A program made the translations under genes and the position numbers. A DNA stretch of 64,000 bases, from contig CAYSHM010000002.1 in NCBI GenBank assembly GCA_964430885.1, positions 141,009-205,008 on the forward strand. The letters run 5' to 3'. Below the pieces are notes generated by a model that saw only the letters and a program-made list of their open reading frames with translations, was not told the origin of the DNA and made no database searches. Positions 1 to 12,728 of this stretch are shown here, piece after piece. Source of the DNA: an uncultured archaeon (GTDB lineage Archaea; Thermoplasmatota; Penumbrarchaeia; JASLWR01). The stretch's first letter is position 1. Every line of letters begins with the position of its first letter.

Positions 1-2
1 CG

Positions 3-749
3 GTCATAGCTGTCAACGATGCGCTTACAAAATATCTTTTCGACAACCGGTACGGAACCGGCCAGAGCACTATAGACGGTATTCTCAGGGCCACCAATAT
101 CCTGCTTGCAGGACGCAAGTTCGTGGTAGCAGGCTACGGCTGGTGCGGCCGTGGCATTGCCCAAAGGGCCAGGGGTATGGGTGCCCATGTTGTGGTAACC
201 GAGGTGGATCCTGTCCGGGCACTTGAAGCTCACATGGATGGTTTCACCGTTCAGAAGATGGATGAGGCCGTGAAGAGCGGAGAGATATTCGTCACTGCTA
301 CTGGTAATACATCTCTAATAACCGAAGAACATTTCGAGCATATGAAGGACGGTGCTATCATGGCCAATTCAGGGCATTTCAATGTTGAGATCCAGGTCGA
401 GGCCTTGGAGAAGATCAGTGTTGGCAAGAAGAAGATCCGCTCTGAAATAACCGAGTACACATTGGGTGACGGCAGGAAATTGTATGTTCTTGGTAGCGGC
501 AGGCTCATCAATCTCGCGGCAGCAGAGGGCCATCCCGCAGCGGTCATGGATATGTCCTTTGCTAACCAGGCACTGTGCGTGGAACATATTGTCGTGGAGC
601 ATTCAAACCTGGATAACCGTGTCTACAAGGTTCCGGACTGCATAGATAAGCAGGTCGCAGAGCTGAAGTTGGAGGCACTGGGTGTTTCCATCGACAGCCT
701 CACCGAAGAACAGAACCAATATTTATGCGGCTGGAAAACAGGCACATAA
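3..749 (+). CDS. ahcY: Adenosylhomocysteinase (5' truncated by window edge)
   Basis: The frame is open from nt 3: [30 protein letters not shown] Rossmann motif, [27 protein letters not shown]. Confidence 0.97.
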   Translation, partial: VIAVNDALTKYLFDNRYGTGQSTIDGILRATNILLAGRKFVVAGYGWCGRGIAQRARGMGAHVVVTEVDPVRALEAHMDGFTVQKMDEAVKSGEIFVTATGNTSLITEEHFEHMKDGAIMANSGHFNVEIQVEALEKISVGKKKIRSEITEYTLGDGRKLYVLGSGRLINLAAAEGHPAAVMDMSFANQALCVEHIVVEHSNLDNRVYKVPDCIDKQVAELKLEALGVSIDSLTEEQNQYLCGWKTGT

Positions 750-778
750 AAGGGAAATACCAATCGGGATGCGCTATC

Positions 779-1495
779 ATGTCAGAAGGTGTCGGTGACA
801 AATTCCAGAAAAAGACGAAATATCGAAGGTTCAAGCTCCCACTTGGAATTCCGAGACCAAATCGCTCATCCCCTTTCAAATCTTACCCGGGCACGAAAAA
901 AATATCTCTGCCTGAACCATCAACGGCTCAAAAAGAGTTTGATAGGATTGTCTCTGATAGAAGGAGCATAAGAAACTTTTCCACTACGCCACTGGAATCG
1001 GATGAACTCTCCTATTTGCTCTGGGCCACCCAGGGGATCACCGGCAGATCTCCGGTCCTTAGAGCTTCCCCTTCGGCCGGAGCACTTCACCCTTTAGAAA
1101 CCTACCTCTGTGTTAACCGTGTGAACGATATTGAACCCGGGATCTATCATTATGACCTAAGGAACCATCAGATGGAACAGCTCGGAAAAAAGAAGATGTT
1201 GCCTTCTCTTGCCGATGCCTGCCTTGGCCAGGGAATGGTAGTGGACTGCGGAGTGGTTTTCATTTGGAGCGCCGTCTTTGACAGAACCCTTTTCAAGTAC
1301 GGTCAGAGAGGTTACAGATATGTATATCTGGATGCGGGCCATGCAGGTCATGCTCTCCAGCTTGCAGCAGAAGGGTTGGATCTGGCCTCATGCAATATTG
1401 GGGCTTTCTATGATGATGAGGTGAATGAGGTTCTGGAATTGGACGGGGAAAATGAAAGTGCGGTTTACCTGTGCACTGTAGGAAATAAAAAATAA
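779..1495 (+). CDS. SagB/ThcOx-family nitroreductase-like dehydrogenase
   Basis: RRSIRNF, RASPSAGALHPLE, YRYVYLDAGH and IGAFYDDEVN motifs. Start taken at the ATG at 779. Confidence 0.9.
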   Translation: MSEGVGDKFQKKTKYRRFKLPLGIPRPNRSSPFKSYPGTKKISLPEPSTAQKEFDRIVSDRRSIRNFSTTPLESDELSYLLWATQGITGRSPVLRASPSAGALHPLETYLCVNRVNDIEPGIYHYDLRNHQMEQLGKKKMLPSLADACLGQGMVVDCGVVFIWSAVFDRTLFKYGQRGYRYVYLDAGHAGHALQLAAEGLDLASCNIGAFYDDEVNEVLELDGENESAVYLCTVGNKK

Positions 1496-1544
1496 GGAAA
1501 CGAATACCGAATGATCCCACTCCATATTGTGCGCTCGTTATTTT

Positions 1545-2468
1545 TCAGATTTCCGAAGGAATAGACTTTTCCTTCTTCTCTCCCTCGTTGTTCTTTGCCT
1601 TGTATCTCTGCAGAATGATACCTCCCACAATAAATACCAATCCGATGAGGGTAGAGGCGAATATGTCTTCCTTAAGTATGAAGTGGATGAGGACCAGTGA
1701 TATGAAGGGTGATAGGTAGATCAGGTTGCCCACCTTGGCAGTCGTGGATGCCATTTTCAATGCATTTAGCCACAGAACAAAAGTGATTCCCATCTCAAAT
1801 AGACCTATGTAAACCAGGATGATAATGGAGCTGTCCAGATGTATTTCTGAATTGCCCGTAAATATTACAACAAAAATGGAGAAAAGGGTGCCGAAAACAA
1901 AGTTTAGGAAGAGCTTCACAACCCCGTCCCTCTCCTCTTTCATGTTGAATATCCAGTACAGAGCCCATATTACCGAGGATCCGACTGCCAAACTTACTCC
2001 CAGAGGGTTTGACAATTTCATAGCTGCAATTTCCCCCCTAGTGCCTATAATGATTACTCCGATAAAACTGATAATGACTGCAATAAGATCCCTGGTCTTG
2101 ATCTTCTGTTTCAGTATTATGATGGAAAGGATGACGAGTGTAAGAGGCCAGGTATAGTTCAATGTTTGAGCTTCCTGGGCAGGCAGTATATCGTAGGCCT
2201 TGAATAGTATGATATAGTACAGAAATGGATTTAGAAGGCCCATGCCGGCTGAATGCACGAAATCCCTTTTTTTGAAATCCATCAGAAGCGTCATCTTTTT
2301 CTGGATCAGAATTACAATTAATAATCCCAGGGCTGAGAAGAAAGAGGACCAGAAAAGGAGCTGGATGAAATTCACCGACCGAAGTGCCAGTTTGAATGCT
2401 GTGGCCACTGTGGACCAAAACATGACGGCAGATATGGCAAAGATATAGGCCTTCCGGGAATCCTTCAT
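1545..2468 (-). CDS. EamA/DMT-family transporter
   Basis: About 10 hydrophobic helices in two EamA-like repeats (AQTLNYTWP; LIYLSPFISL...KE). Confidence 0.9.
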   Translation of the reverse strand: MKDSRKAYIFAISAVMFWSTVATAFKLALRSVNFIQLLFWSSFFSALGLLIVILIQKKMTLLMDFKKRDFVHSAGMGLLNPFLYYIILFKAYDILPAQEAQTLNYTWPLTLVILSIIILKQKIKTRDLIAVIISFIGVIIIGTRGEIAAMKLSNPLGVSLAVGSSVIWALYWIFNMKEERDGVVKLFLNFVFGTLFSIFVVIFTGNSEIHLDSSIIILVYIGLFEMGITFVLWLNALKMASTTAKVGNLIYLSPFISLVLIHFILKEDIFASTLIGLVFIVGGIILQRYKAKNNEGEKKEKSIPSEI

Positions 2469-2667
2469 AAAGGGAAATGGGTCATAAGTGTATTTATATC
2501 CATTGATACAAAGTCATGTCGGCTATTTTACAGCTTTTTTACCTGTTTGATAGTATGGACCCTCATTTCAAATATTTTTGAGTCATTTAACTAATAAAAT
2601 ATTTTACCAGTTCGATCAAATGTTTATATTTATTTCATTTTAATAATTCAATACTATCGGTGCCTCA

Positions 2668-3747
2668 ATGACAGAAAAGAAGATATCCGCTGTATCCATC
2701 ATCAGGAGCGAATATGACAGCATAGATGTGGGAAAGCTGCTAGAACCTCTAGGCGGTCTGGAGAAATGGGTCAAAAAAGGAGAAAAGGTACTTCTGAAGA
2801 TAAACATGCTAAACGGTAAAGGTCCCAAAAGCGCAGTCACCACCCATCCGTCAGTAGTCCGCTCTATCGGTCTTGCAGTAAAGAAGGCCGGATGTGTACC
2901 AATAATCGGGGATTCTTCGGGGGGCACATTTTCCAAGAGAAGGCTAAAGGCCAACTATCGGTCGGCAGGATATGAGGAGATCTCCAAGAAGTATGAAATC
3001 CCGCTTAATTTTGACACATCTACTAAAAAGGTCAAATTTCAGAATGGGAAGGTATTGAAAAAGACCAAAGTCTGCAATTTTGCCCTGACCCCTGATAAGA
3101 TAATAGCCGTTCCCAAGCTCAAGACGCACTCCCTTATGTACATGACCCTGGCCACCAAGATAATGTATGGTGTGATACCGGGTCTGGCCAAAGCAAAATA
3201 CCATGCCAAGTTCCCTACTAGAAGCAAGTTCGCAGAGGCTCTTATAGATATACTGGAGAAGGTGCCGCCTACCCTCATTATACTTGATGGGATAGTTGCA
3301 ATGGAAGGTAACGGTCCCAACAGCGGGAGGCCTGTGAAGCTAGGTGTTATGATGGCTTCAACCGATGCTGTTGCTATGGATATTGCAGTTTGTGAGATGT
3401 TGGGACTTCAGCCTGTTGGTATTCCTTCTTTGAAACAGGCCAAGCTCAGGGGGATGTGGCCGGATGAGATTGAATATCCTCAGCTTTCGCCGGAAGATGT
3501 TAAGGTCAAGAACTTCGAATTTCCCAGTTCAATGAGCGACCTGGCCGCAAAAGGCAAAGGGACTGAAAAAGGCGGTAAACGGCCCCGTCCCAATGAGAAG
3601 TGCATAGCCTGCGGTGAATGTGTCCGGATCTGCCCCAAGGACGCTATAGCCATTGTGAGGAAGAGGGCTAAGGTTGAGGATGGCGAATGTATCCGCTGCT
3701 ACTGCTGTCATGAGATATGCCCAGTATACGCAATAGATCTTAAGTGA
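2668..3747 (+). CDS. DUF362 protein with C-terminal 2x[4Fe-4S] ferredoxin domain
   Basis: VLLKIN, TTHP, PKLKTH, DGIVAMEGNGP, and CIACGECVRICP / CIRCYCCHEICP. Confidence 0.9.
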   Translation: MTEKKISAVSIIRSEYDSIDVGKLLEPLGGLEKWVKKGEKVLLKINMLNGKGPKSAVTTHPSVVRSIGLAVKKAGCVPIIGDSSGGTFSKRRLKANYRSAGYEEISKKYEIPLNFDTSTKKVKFQNGKVLKKTKVCNFALTPDKIIAVPKLKTHSLMYMTLATKIMYGVIPGLAKAKYHAKFPTRSKFAEALIDILEKVPPTLIILDGIVAMEGNGPNSGRPVKLGVMMASTDAVAMDIAVCEMLGLQPVGIPSLKQAKLRGMWPDEIEYPQLSPEDVKVKNFEFPSSMSDLAAKGKGTEKGGKRPRPNEKCIACGECVRICPKDAIAIVRKRAKVEDGECIRCYCCHEICPVYAIDLK

Positions 3748-3777
3748 GATGGGTGTTGTATGAAATAATGCTTGTTT

Positions 3778-6093
3778 TTATCCTGCAGTCCTTTCTCTAA
3801 GGGTCTTCTCTGTGTCAACCTTTCTCTGGTACCTAATAGGAACTACTGAGGAAAACAGCACTACGGCAATCCCGGATACCAGCGTGATGATAGTGGCGCC
3901 CATGATGAAGATCACGGGATATGTGAACAGTATCTTTGCCATCACAAGGGCGAATATCTTTGCAAACAGGTAGGCCAGGGGTACTCCGATGATTCCAGAC
4001 AGAATACCAAGCACACCCATTTCCAGCAGTATGCTCTTGGCTACCTTCCATTTAGTTATGCCAAGAGTACTCAGGGTAGCGAATTCCACATCCCGCTCCA
4101 TTGTGGATATGATAACCGCGGATGCGGATACTACGAAGGTTATTGATGCGCTGATCACAAAGAACGTGTAAAATATACCGTTTGCTGTGCTGAGGAGTTC
4201 GTCAAAGGACTCCGCAATTTGATCCTTGACGGATACCTTGATCACCGAGGGATGGAGACGAAGGGCGCCAGCGTATTCCTCCGTCATGGCCGGGTTTTTC
4301 AGCTTGATGTATATCCCTGTGCAGTTTTCAGGGGAGAAGAATGCATCCAGATTATCCTCATTGGTGTAGACCGCCTGCTGAACGATATCGTTGACTATTG
4401 CGCTTACCTCGATATCCGCTACAATGGGACCTACGCTGAGGGTTATCATATCTCCAACACCCGCACCGGTCTCGTCTGCAACCTTGTTGGTTATCACTGC
4501 TTTATCCAGATCCACGCTGCCTTTCATCACATTAAAATCCCTTGCCTTTTCTATTTCCCCGCACCCAAGGAAGGTGGCACCTGTTGAATGCGATCCATGA
4601 TCAACTGAACCGCTTATGCCCGTATAGGGGATGATGAATTCGGTCTCGTTCTCAAGATATATTTCTATTTGGTCAAGTTCTTCAACGGATACACCGCCGA
4701 AGAAGTCGGCTCTCATATCCCATTTATCACTATCTATGCTGTCTTCCACATAACCCCAGGCTGAATCGATCATTATAAGCCATGATCCCGACATACCAAT
4801 TGTCATTCCAACAACAAGAACTGTGATTCCCAGCCTTGTTGGATTTCTTGTGACGTTACGGAGTCCCATAAGGTTTGTCCTAGACAGGAAAGAAGGTCCG
4901 AACCTTGCTGTAGTTATCTTGCTTCTGGGTTTGTAATCCAAAGCTTCCCGAACACTTGTTCCAGTTATCAGGACCACAGGTATAGCCACAGAAAGAAGTA
5001 CAGATATCATCACGAACAAGAAACCAAGAACAAATGGCAGCAAAGAGATGGGGAATGCAATATCGATGCTGCCTATCATCTCCATGGTCACATTTGCAAT
5101 GCCGTAGGAGAATAGAAATGAAAGTAAAATTCCGAAAATCAGACCTATGCTGCCCAGCACCACCCCCAGCAGCAGATAGGCACGGATGATCTTTTTACGC
5201 TGGTAGCCAAGTGACATCAGGACCCCGATGTATCTGCTGTCGTTGAGCACAAGGCGGTAGGCGGTCATCATTATCGAGATGAATCCCACGATCATGAATA
5301 TCACCGAGAACATGGGCATCATGTACTTCATCTTGTCAACGCCCATCTGCATGAAGATCACTGTGAAATGATCCTTCTGAAGGGTTGTACCTTTTACCGG
5401 GAAAGAGCTCAAAGAACCTATGATGGCATCGGAATCCGCTCCGTTTTCCTTGATAATTACGAGGTCGTTTATTCCAGTGACGTTCATTATTCCCTGCAGC
5501 TCCTCAAGGTCCATGTAAAGGGCAACTACATTTCCAGGGATAGGAACCGAGGTCTCCGCCATGTAGCCGGCCAGGGCATATTCAGCGTTCTTGACCACTC
5601 CGGAAATTGTGATATTGACCTCCTTTCCCCCTATTATGAAATTACCTATCTCGCCTGCATCCGCTCCGTAATCCTCCATTGAGGAAATCACAACTCCTTC
5701 ACCCGGTCTTTCAAAAAGAGAACCGGATGCCTTTGTCATCACGTTGATATCCTGTCGGCCAGGATCCCGCATCCCTATAACAAAGGCAGGGAAGACCTCT
5801 CCTTTGTAGGTGTAGAATGCCATTACCTTAAGGCGCATATCGTATGCCTTGATTTGCTGCCGTTCAAGTACTGGCTCAAGTTCGCTCTCGTTCACAGGCT
5901 GGGCGAACTCCACGAAAATGTCCGGCATCATGGAATCCTGAAGCATCACATCAGTACTGTGGTCAAATATCTCAGCAGAATATAGACCGGAGATGAACAT
6001 CGCGGCAGCCATCGCTACAACAAATGAGATGCCCACTGTTCGGAGCTTCATTTTGGATAATTTCCTTATAACCATCAGGTTTATCTTGTCCAC
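3778..6093 (-). CDS. ABC transporter permease, FtsX/MacB family
   Basis: Two repeats of TM + extracytoplasmic domain + 3 TM (RYIGVLMSLGY; ERDVEFATLSTLG). Directly follows the ATPase gene. Confidence 0.9.
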   Translation of the reverse strand: MDKINLMVIRKLSKMKLRTVGISFVVAMAAAMFISGLYSAEIFDHSTDVMLQDSMMPDIFVEFAQPVNESELEPVLERQQIKAYDMRLKVMAFYTYKGEVFPAFVIGMRDPGRQDINVMTKASGSLFERPGEGVVISSMEDYGADAGEIGNFIIGGKEVNITISGVVKNAEYALAGYMAETSVPIPGNVVALYMDLEELQGIMNVTGINDLVIIKENGADSDAIIGSLSSFPVKGTTLQKDHFTVIFMQMGVDKMKYMMPMFSVIFMIVGFISIMMTAYRLVLNDSRYIGVLMSLGYQRKKIIRAYLLLGVVLGSIGLIFGILLSFLFSYGIANVTMEMIGSIDIAFPISLLPFVLGFLFVMISVLLSVAIPVVLITGTSVREALDYKPRSKITTARFGPSFLSRTNLMGLRNVTRNPTRLGITVLVVGMTIGMSGSWLIMIDSAWGYVEDSIDSDKWDMRADFFGGVSVEELDQIEIYLENETEFIIPYTGISGSVDHGSHSTGATFLGCGEIEKARDFNVMKGSVDLDKAVITNKVADETGAGVGDMITLSVGPIVADIEVSAIVNDIVQQAVYTNEDNLDAFFSPENCTGIYIKLKNPAMTEEYAGALRLHPSVIKVSVKDQIAESFDELLSTANGIFYTFFVISASITFVVSASAVIISTMERDVEFATLSTLGITKWKVAKSILLEMGVLGILSGIIGVPLAYLFAKIFALVMAKILFTYPVIFIMGATIITLVSGIAVVLFSSVVPIRYQRKVDTEKTLRERTAG

Positions 6094-6109
6094 GAAAATC
6101 CCCTCATTA

Positions 6110-6787
6110 TCAGTTATCTGGTTTCAGTACTCCCTTTCTGAGAACCAAAGTTCGGTCCACATACTGCTTGAGCCTTGTGTTATGGGATACTATAAGAAAG
6201 GTCATCCCTAACTCGTGCTGGAGCCTGTTCATAAGCTTCATCACGGAACTCTCTCTTTCCTCGTCCAGGTTCCCAGTGGGCTCGTCTGCCAGGATCAGGG
6301 AAGGTTCTTTGGAAAGAGCCCTTGCCACTGCAACCCTCTGCTGCTCTCCGCCGGAAAGCTCCTGGGGAAAATTCTTGAGCTTGTCACCGAGACCCACCAG
6401 TTCTAGATATTTTACCGCCTGATTCTTGATCTTCTTTTTATCCTTCATTATCTGCTCAAGTCCCAGTTCCACATTCTCAAGGGCTGTAAGCGTGGGAATA
6501 AGGTTGTAGAATTGGAAGATGAATCCTACCTTGTCACGGCGGAACAGCAGGGACCTTTTCTTGTCCAGTTTGTTTATCTTTTTTCCAGATATCTCCACCG
6601 AGCCATTGTCCGCTCTGTCTATAGCCCCCAGTATGTTGAGGAGGGTTGTCTTTCCGGAACCTGAAGGCCCCATGATCATGACCATCTCACCTTTCTTCAG
6701 AAAAAGGTCTAGTCCGCTTAATACTTTGGTGGTTTCCGAGCCGCTCTTATAGCTTTTATAAAGTTCTTTCACTTCAACGGTATCCAT
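6110..6787 (-). CDS. ABC transporter ATP-binding protein (LolD/MacB type)
   Basis: Walker A GPSGSGKTT, LSGGEQQR, LILADEPTGNLD. SD-like GAGGT before the ATG at 6787. Confidence 0.95.
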   Translation of the reverse strand: MDTVEVKELYKSYKSGSETTKVLSGLDLFLKKGEMVMIMGPSGSGKTTLLNILGAIDRADNGSVEISGKKINKLDKKRSLLFRRDKVGFIFQFYNLIPTLTALENVELGLEQIMKDKKKIKNQAVKYLELVGLGDKLKNFPQELSGGEQQRVAVARALSKEPSLILADEPTGNLDEERESSVMKLMNRLQHELGMTFLIVSHNTRLKQYVDRTLVLRKGVLKPDN

Positions 6788-6862
6788 GGGATCTACCTCT
6801 TTGTGAATACATGAATTAATAACTGTATAGTATAAGGTACGCAAAGATTTAACTTTATTGTC

Positions 6863-6888
6863 CCGTTCATGTACGGTAGTTTATATAT
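6863..6888. promoter_or_regulatory. Near-palindrome CCGTTCATGTACGG next to TATA-like TTTATATAT in the divergent ABC/regulator promoter
   Basis: 12/14 palindrome at 6863-6876, TATA-like box at 6880-6888. Confidence 0.4.
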
Positions 6889-6909
6889 TATTAATGAAAT
6901 CGGTAAATC

Positions 6910-7572
6910 ATGCGAAAAATGACTATGAAATTCCAACTGGGAAGTATGATAAGAAAATTCTGGGGAAATGCCTTCGATCATATTGAGAGCATGGAAATGA
7001 TAGAGATGCTCCGCCTTGATTTTGAGAAAGGGATTAAGGTAGTACTCACGGAGATCATATTGAAGGACGGTTCTGAGATGTCGGACCTGAACTGGCCTGT
7101 AAAGGTAAAGATGAATGTTCTTCACCAAAATGGAAGTAAATATGTGGTTATCGTCACCGCAAAAGCGCCGTCCGGTGTTTTCAGCAGGATGTTCAAAAAC
7201 TTTCAGGCGGATGTGATTTGGACAACTCCCAGTTTTTTTAAATCCGCCGCCGATTCCTTTGAGGCTACGCTGAGCTGTATTGGGGAGGAGGATGAGCTTA
7301 AGAAAGTTCTTCGTACGATAAAACTATTTGGAATTGTTGCAGATGTGTCTTTCAGAAAGGCAGTTTACCAGGAGCATAATCTATTGACCGTTCTTACTCC
7401 TAAACAAAAAGATGTAATTCTGACTGCAAAGAGACTAGGCTATTATGATTATCCTAGAAAGATAGATGCTTCAGGTTTAGCGGTGGAGGTGGGTATTTCG
7501 AAAGCTACCGCGGTGGAACATCTGAGAAAGGCGGAGAACAGGTTGATATCCAATATTCTGGCAGGATATTAG
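6910..7572 (+). CDS. HTH-10 (Bat-like) transcriptional regulator
   Basis: C-terminal LTPKQKDVILTAKRLGYYDYPRK...GISKATAVEHLRKAENRL is the typical HTH_10 signature. Divergent from the ABC operon. Confidence 0.92.
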   Translation: MRKMTMKFQLGSMIRKFWGNAFDHIESMEMIEMLRLDFEKGIKVVLTEIILKDGSEMSDLNWPVKVKMNVLHQNGSKYVVIVTAKAPSGVFSRMFKNFQADVIWTTPSFFKSAADSFEATLSCIGEEDELKKVLRTIKLFGIVADVSFRKAVYQEHNLLTVLTPKQKDVILTAKRLGYYDYPRKIDASGLAVEVGISKATAVEHLRKAENRLISNILAGY

Positions 7573-7668
7573 AAGAACATTATAACTTTGGGAATTATAT
7601 TTAGTATTTTTCAGCGCTCATGTTACTGCTGTATATTTAGCATATCAACTGATAAAGGAAATTTGTTT

Positions 7669-7684
7669 TACAAAAAGGAAAGAA
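7669..7684 (-). terminator. Oligo-T terminator after 5S rRNA
   Basis: The minus strand reads TTCTTTCCTTTTTGT immediately after the 5S 3' end. Confidence 0.5.
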
Positions 7685-7808
7685 TGGTGGACAGCGATCC
7701 AGGTTCACGTGGACTCGCGTACCACACTACTTAAAGGAACGCATGCAGGCTTAACTTCTGGGTTCGGGATGTTACCAGGTGAGCCCTGCCGCTCTGGCCG
7801 TCCTACCA
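7685..7808 (-). rRNA. rrf: 5S rRNA
   Basis: Minus strand: GGTAGGACGGCCAGAGCGGCAGGG...CATCCCGAACCCAGAAGTTAAGCC...GCTGTCCACC. Complementary ends, about 122 nt. Confidence 0.93.
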
Positions 7809-7900
7809 TTCTTATATGACATTTATTCAATTATTATATTGAAGTCAATAGGCAAGAAGATATCCATATGTGATCTGTCAAACGGTTGAGCCGATATTAG

Positions 7901-10888
<2,988 letters not shown>

Positions 10889-10920
10889 TATCGACTCAAC
10901 TGGCGTCCAGATCACATATG
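10889..10920 (-). other. 5' arm of the 23S pre-rRNA processing stem with BHB motif (3' arm at 7865-7896)
   Basis: CAUAUGUGAUCUG-GACG-CCA-GUUGAGUCGAUA pairs with UAUCGGCUCAAC-CGUU-UGA-CAGAUCACAUAUG, giving a 4-bp helix with two 3-nt bulges. Confidence 0.9.
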
Positions 10921-11224
10921 GTTTGGTAATCATTGGGTCCCATAGTTTACCCCGATGGGCCCTATACCCTTACCTGATGGAAACTTTACTCCTCCAGGCG
11001 CACGTTTCTTCTTTAATTGGGTTTCAATATTATAGATTTGAATCCAACTCGGTGATTTACCATAATGGTATTTCAACCTTATGGCATGGATACGTCTATT
11101 TGCCAAAAAGGCATCATATCCTTGAAATGACCAGAAATTGTTCAACCATGAATAAGTTGAGTTTTCAGGTCTTTTTTTTCACCACCTCGAAATTCAAAAT
11201 TTATAGGTCTTTTTTTGGTTCGAC

Positions 11225-11260
11225 CGCCGGGGGATAATCAGGAAGTAAAATAAAAATATT
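11225..11260 (-). promoter_or_regulatory. Putative 23S-5S rRNA promoter
   Basis: The minus strand reads AATATTTTTATTTT, then about 22 nt later CCCCCGGCGG, upstream of a structured ~300-nt leader. Confidence 0.45.
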
Positions 11261-11469
11261 ACTGTCCGAATTCCTTTATTTTTCATTTACCATATTCATA
11301 ATGCTGATTAAGATCAAAACAAGGGATTGGCCCTTCGAAAAAACAATGTTTCCTGATTCATTTTGACAATGATTAAATCATATGTCCCTATTATAAAGAA
11401 CCTACTAACTATTTGATTGGAATTGATTTCCTTATGGAAGTATCTAGTAATAAATTCGGAAGGTATAAC

Positions 11470-11949
11470 ATGAAATTGATAATAAACGGGTGGAGACAGC
11501 ATCTGACCTTTTCAGCTTGTCATTTTATTCCTCAGCACCAACTCTGTGAAAGACTTCATGGGCACACTTACGGTGTTCATCTGGAATTGGATGGTGAAAC
11601 TGCAGAAGACGGGATGCTAGTTGATTTCAAATATGTGAAGCAGATTCTAAAGGCGATGATCGATGAACTAGATCACAGGATCATTATCCCCCAAAAAAAT
11701 AAGCACATAGAGATGTCGAACATTGGAGACCAAGGTGAAATTGAAATCCGGGTCTGCGGGAAAAGGTATGTCATACCAAGCTCGGACATTGTAATTCTGG
11801 ATATACGCAGTTCTTCAGCCGAGGATTTGGCAGATTTTATTGTCTCAGGAATGTGGTCGGAACTAGAACATAGAAAAAATTTAACCAGTCTATCAATAGG
11901 CGTTGATGAAGGACCCGGGCAGGGAGCTTGGAGTACAAGAACCAGATAA
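11470..11949 (+). CDS. queD: 6-carboxy-5,6,7,8-tetrahydropterin synthase
   Basis: FSACH, CERLHGHTY, GMLVDF, LDHR, SSAE motifs. Adjacent to queC. Confidence 0.93.
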   Translation: MKLIINGWRQHLTFSACHFIPQHQLCERLHGHTYGVHLELDGETAEDGMLVDFKYVKQILKAMIDELDHRIIIPQKNKHIEMSNIGDQGEIEIRVCGKRYVIPSSDIVILDIRSSSAEDLADFIVSGMWSELEHRKNLTSLSIGVDEGPGQGAWSTRTR

Positions 11950-11967
11950 GACAGAGGGGGTGGAAAT

Positions 11968-12681
11968 TTGGCAGATTCGGAATCAAGAGAGCAGAAGAGA
12001 GCAGTAGTGGTACTGAGCGGGGGTTTGGATTCATCCACTGCCTGCGCTGTTGCATGTAGAGATAATGATGAGGTATTCGGATTAACCTTTGACTATGGGC
12101 AGACGCTTCAAAGGGAGATATATTATGCTGAGAGGTTAGCTGAATATTTCGACCTGATAGAACATAAGATTTTCCGGGTCGATTTGACCCGGATAGGGGG
12201 CAGTGCATTAACAGATCAGAGCATCGATATTCCCGGTTCAAGCAGAGGAGAAAATCCTGAAACCCATAGTTCCATACCCGTCACATATGTTCCAGCGAGG
12301 AACACGATCTTTCTTTCCATTGCTCTTGCCTGGGCCGAGATCTTGGATGCAGGATCTATCTACATAGGGGTTACTGCAGTTGATTACAGCGGATATCCCG
12401 ACTGCCGGCCTGAATACATTGAAGCTTTTCAGAATCTTGCGGATCTTGCGACAAAAAGAGGCGTAGAGGGCAATCCAATTAAGATAGTCACACCACTGCT
12501 TCACAGGTCTAAATCTCAGATAATAAGGAAGGGATTGGATCTCGGAGTTCCCTATGAATTAACCTGGAGCTGTTACAAAGAGGGTGTTCAGCCTTGCAGA
12601 GTGTGCGAGAGCTGTGTTCTCAGGGAAAACGGTTTCGAGGAATTGGGTATGAAAGACCCATTAGTGGAAAGAACCCACTGA
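11968..12681 (+). CDS. queC: 7-cyano-7-deazaguanine synthase (archaeosine pathway)
   Basis: LSGGLDS, TYVPARNTIFL, YSGYPDCR, TWSCY...CRVCESC. TTG start. Confidence 0.97.
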   Translation: MADSESREQKRAVVVLSGGLDSSTACAVACRDNDEVFGLTFDYGQTLQREIYYAERLAEYFDLIEHKIFRVDLTRIGGSALTDQSIDIPGSSRGENPETHSSIPVTYVPARNTIFLSIALAWAEILDAGSIYIGVTAVDYSGYPDCRPEYIEAFQNLADLATKRGVEGNPIKIVTPLLHRSKSQIIRKGLDLGVPYELTWSCYKEGVQPCRVCESCVLRENGFEELGMKDPLVERTH

Positions 12682-12728
12682 ATGGAATGTCGATATCAGA
12701 GTAATATTTCTATAAAAATAGATTTCAA

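Noticed and set aside
11260-11469. preQ1 riboswitch upstream of queD-queC
   Set aside because: No matching stem-loop with A-rich tail was found. The region is AT-rich divergent promoter sequence.
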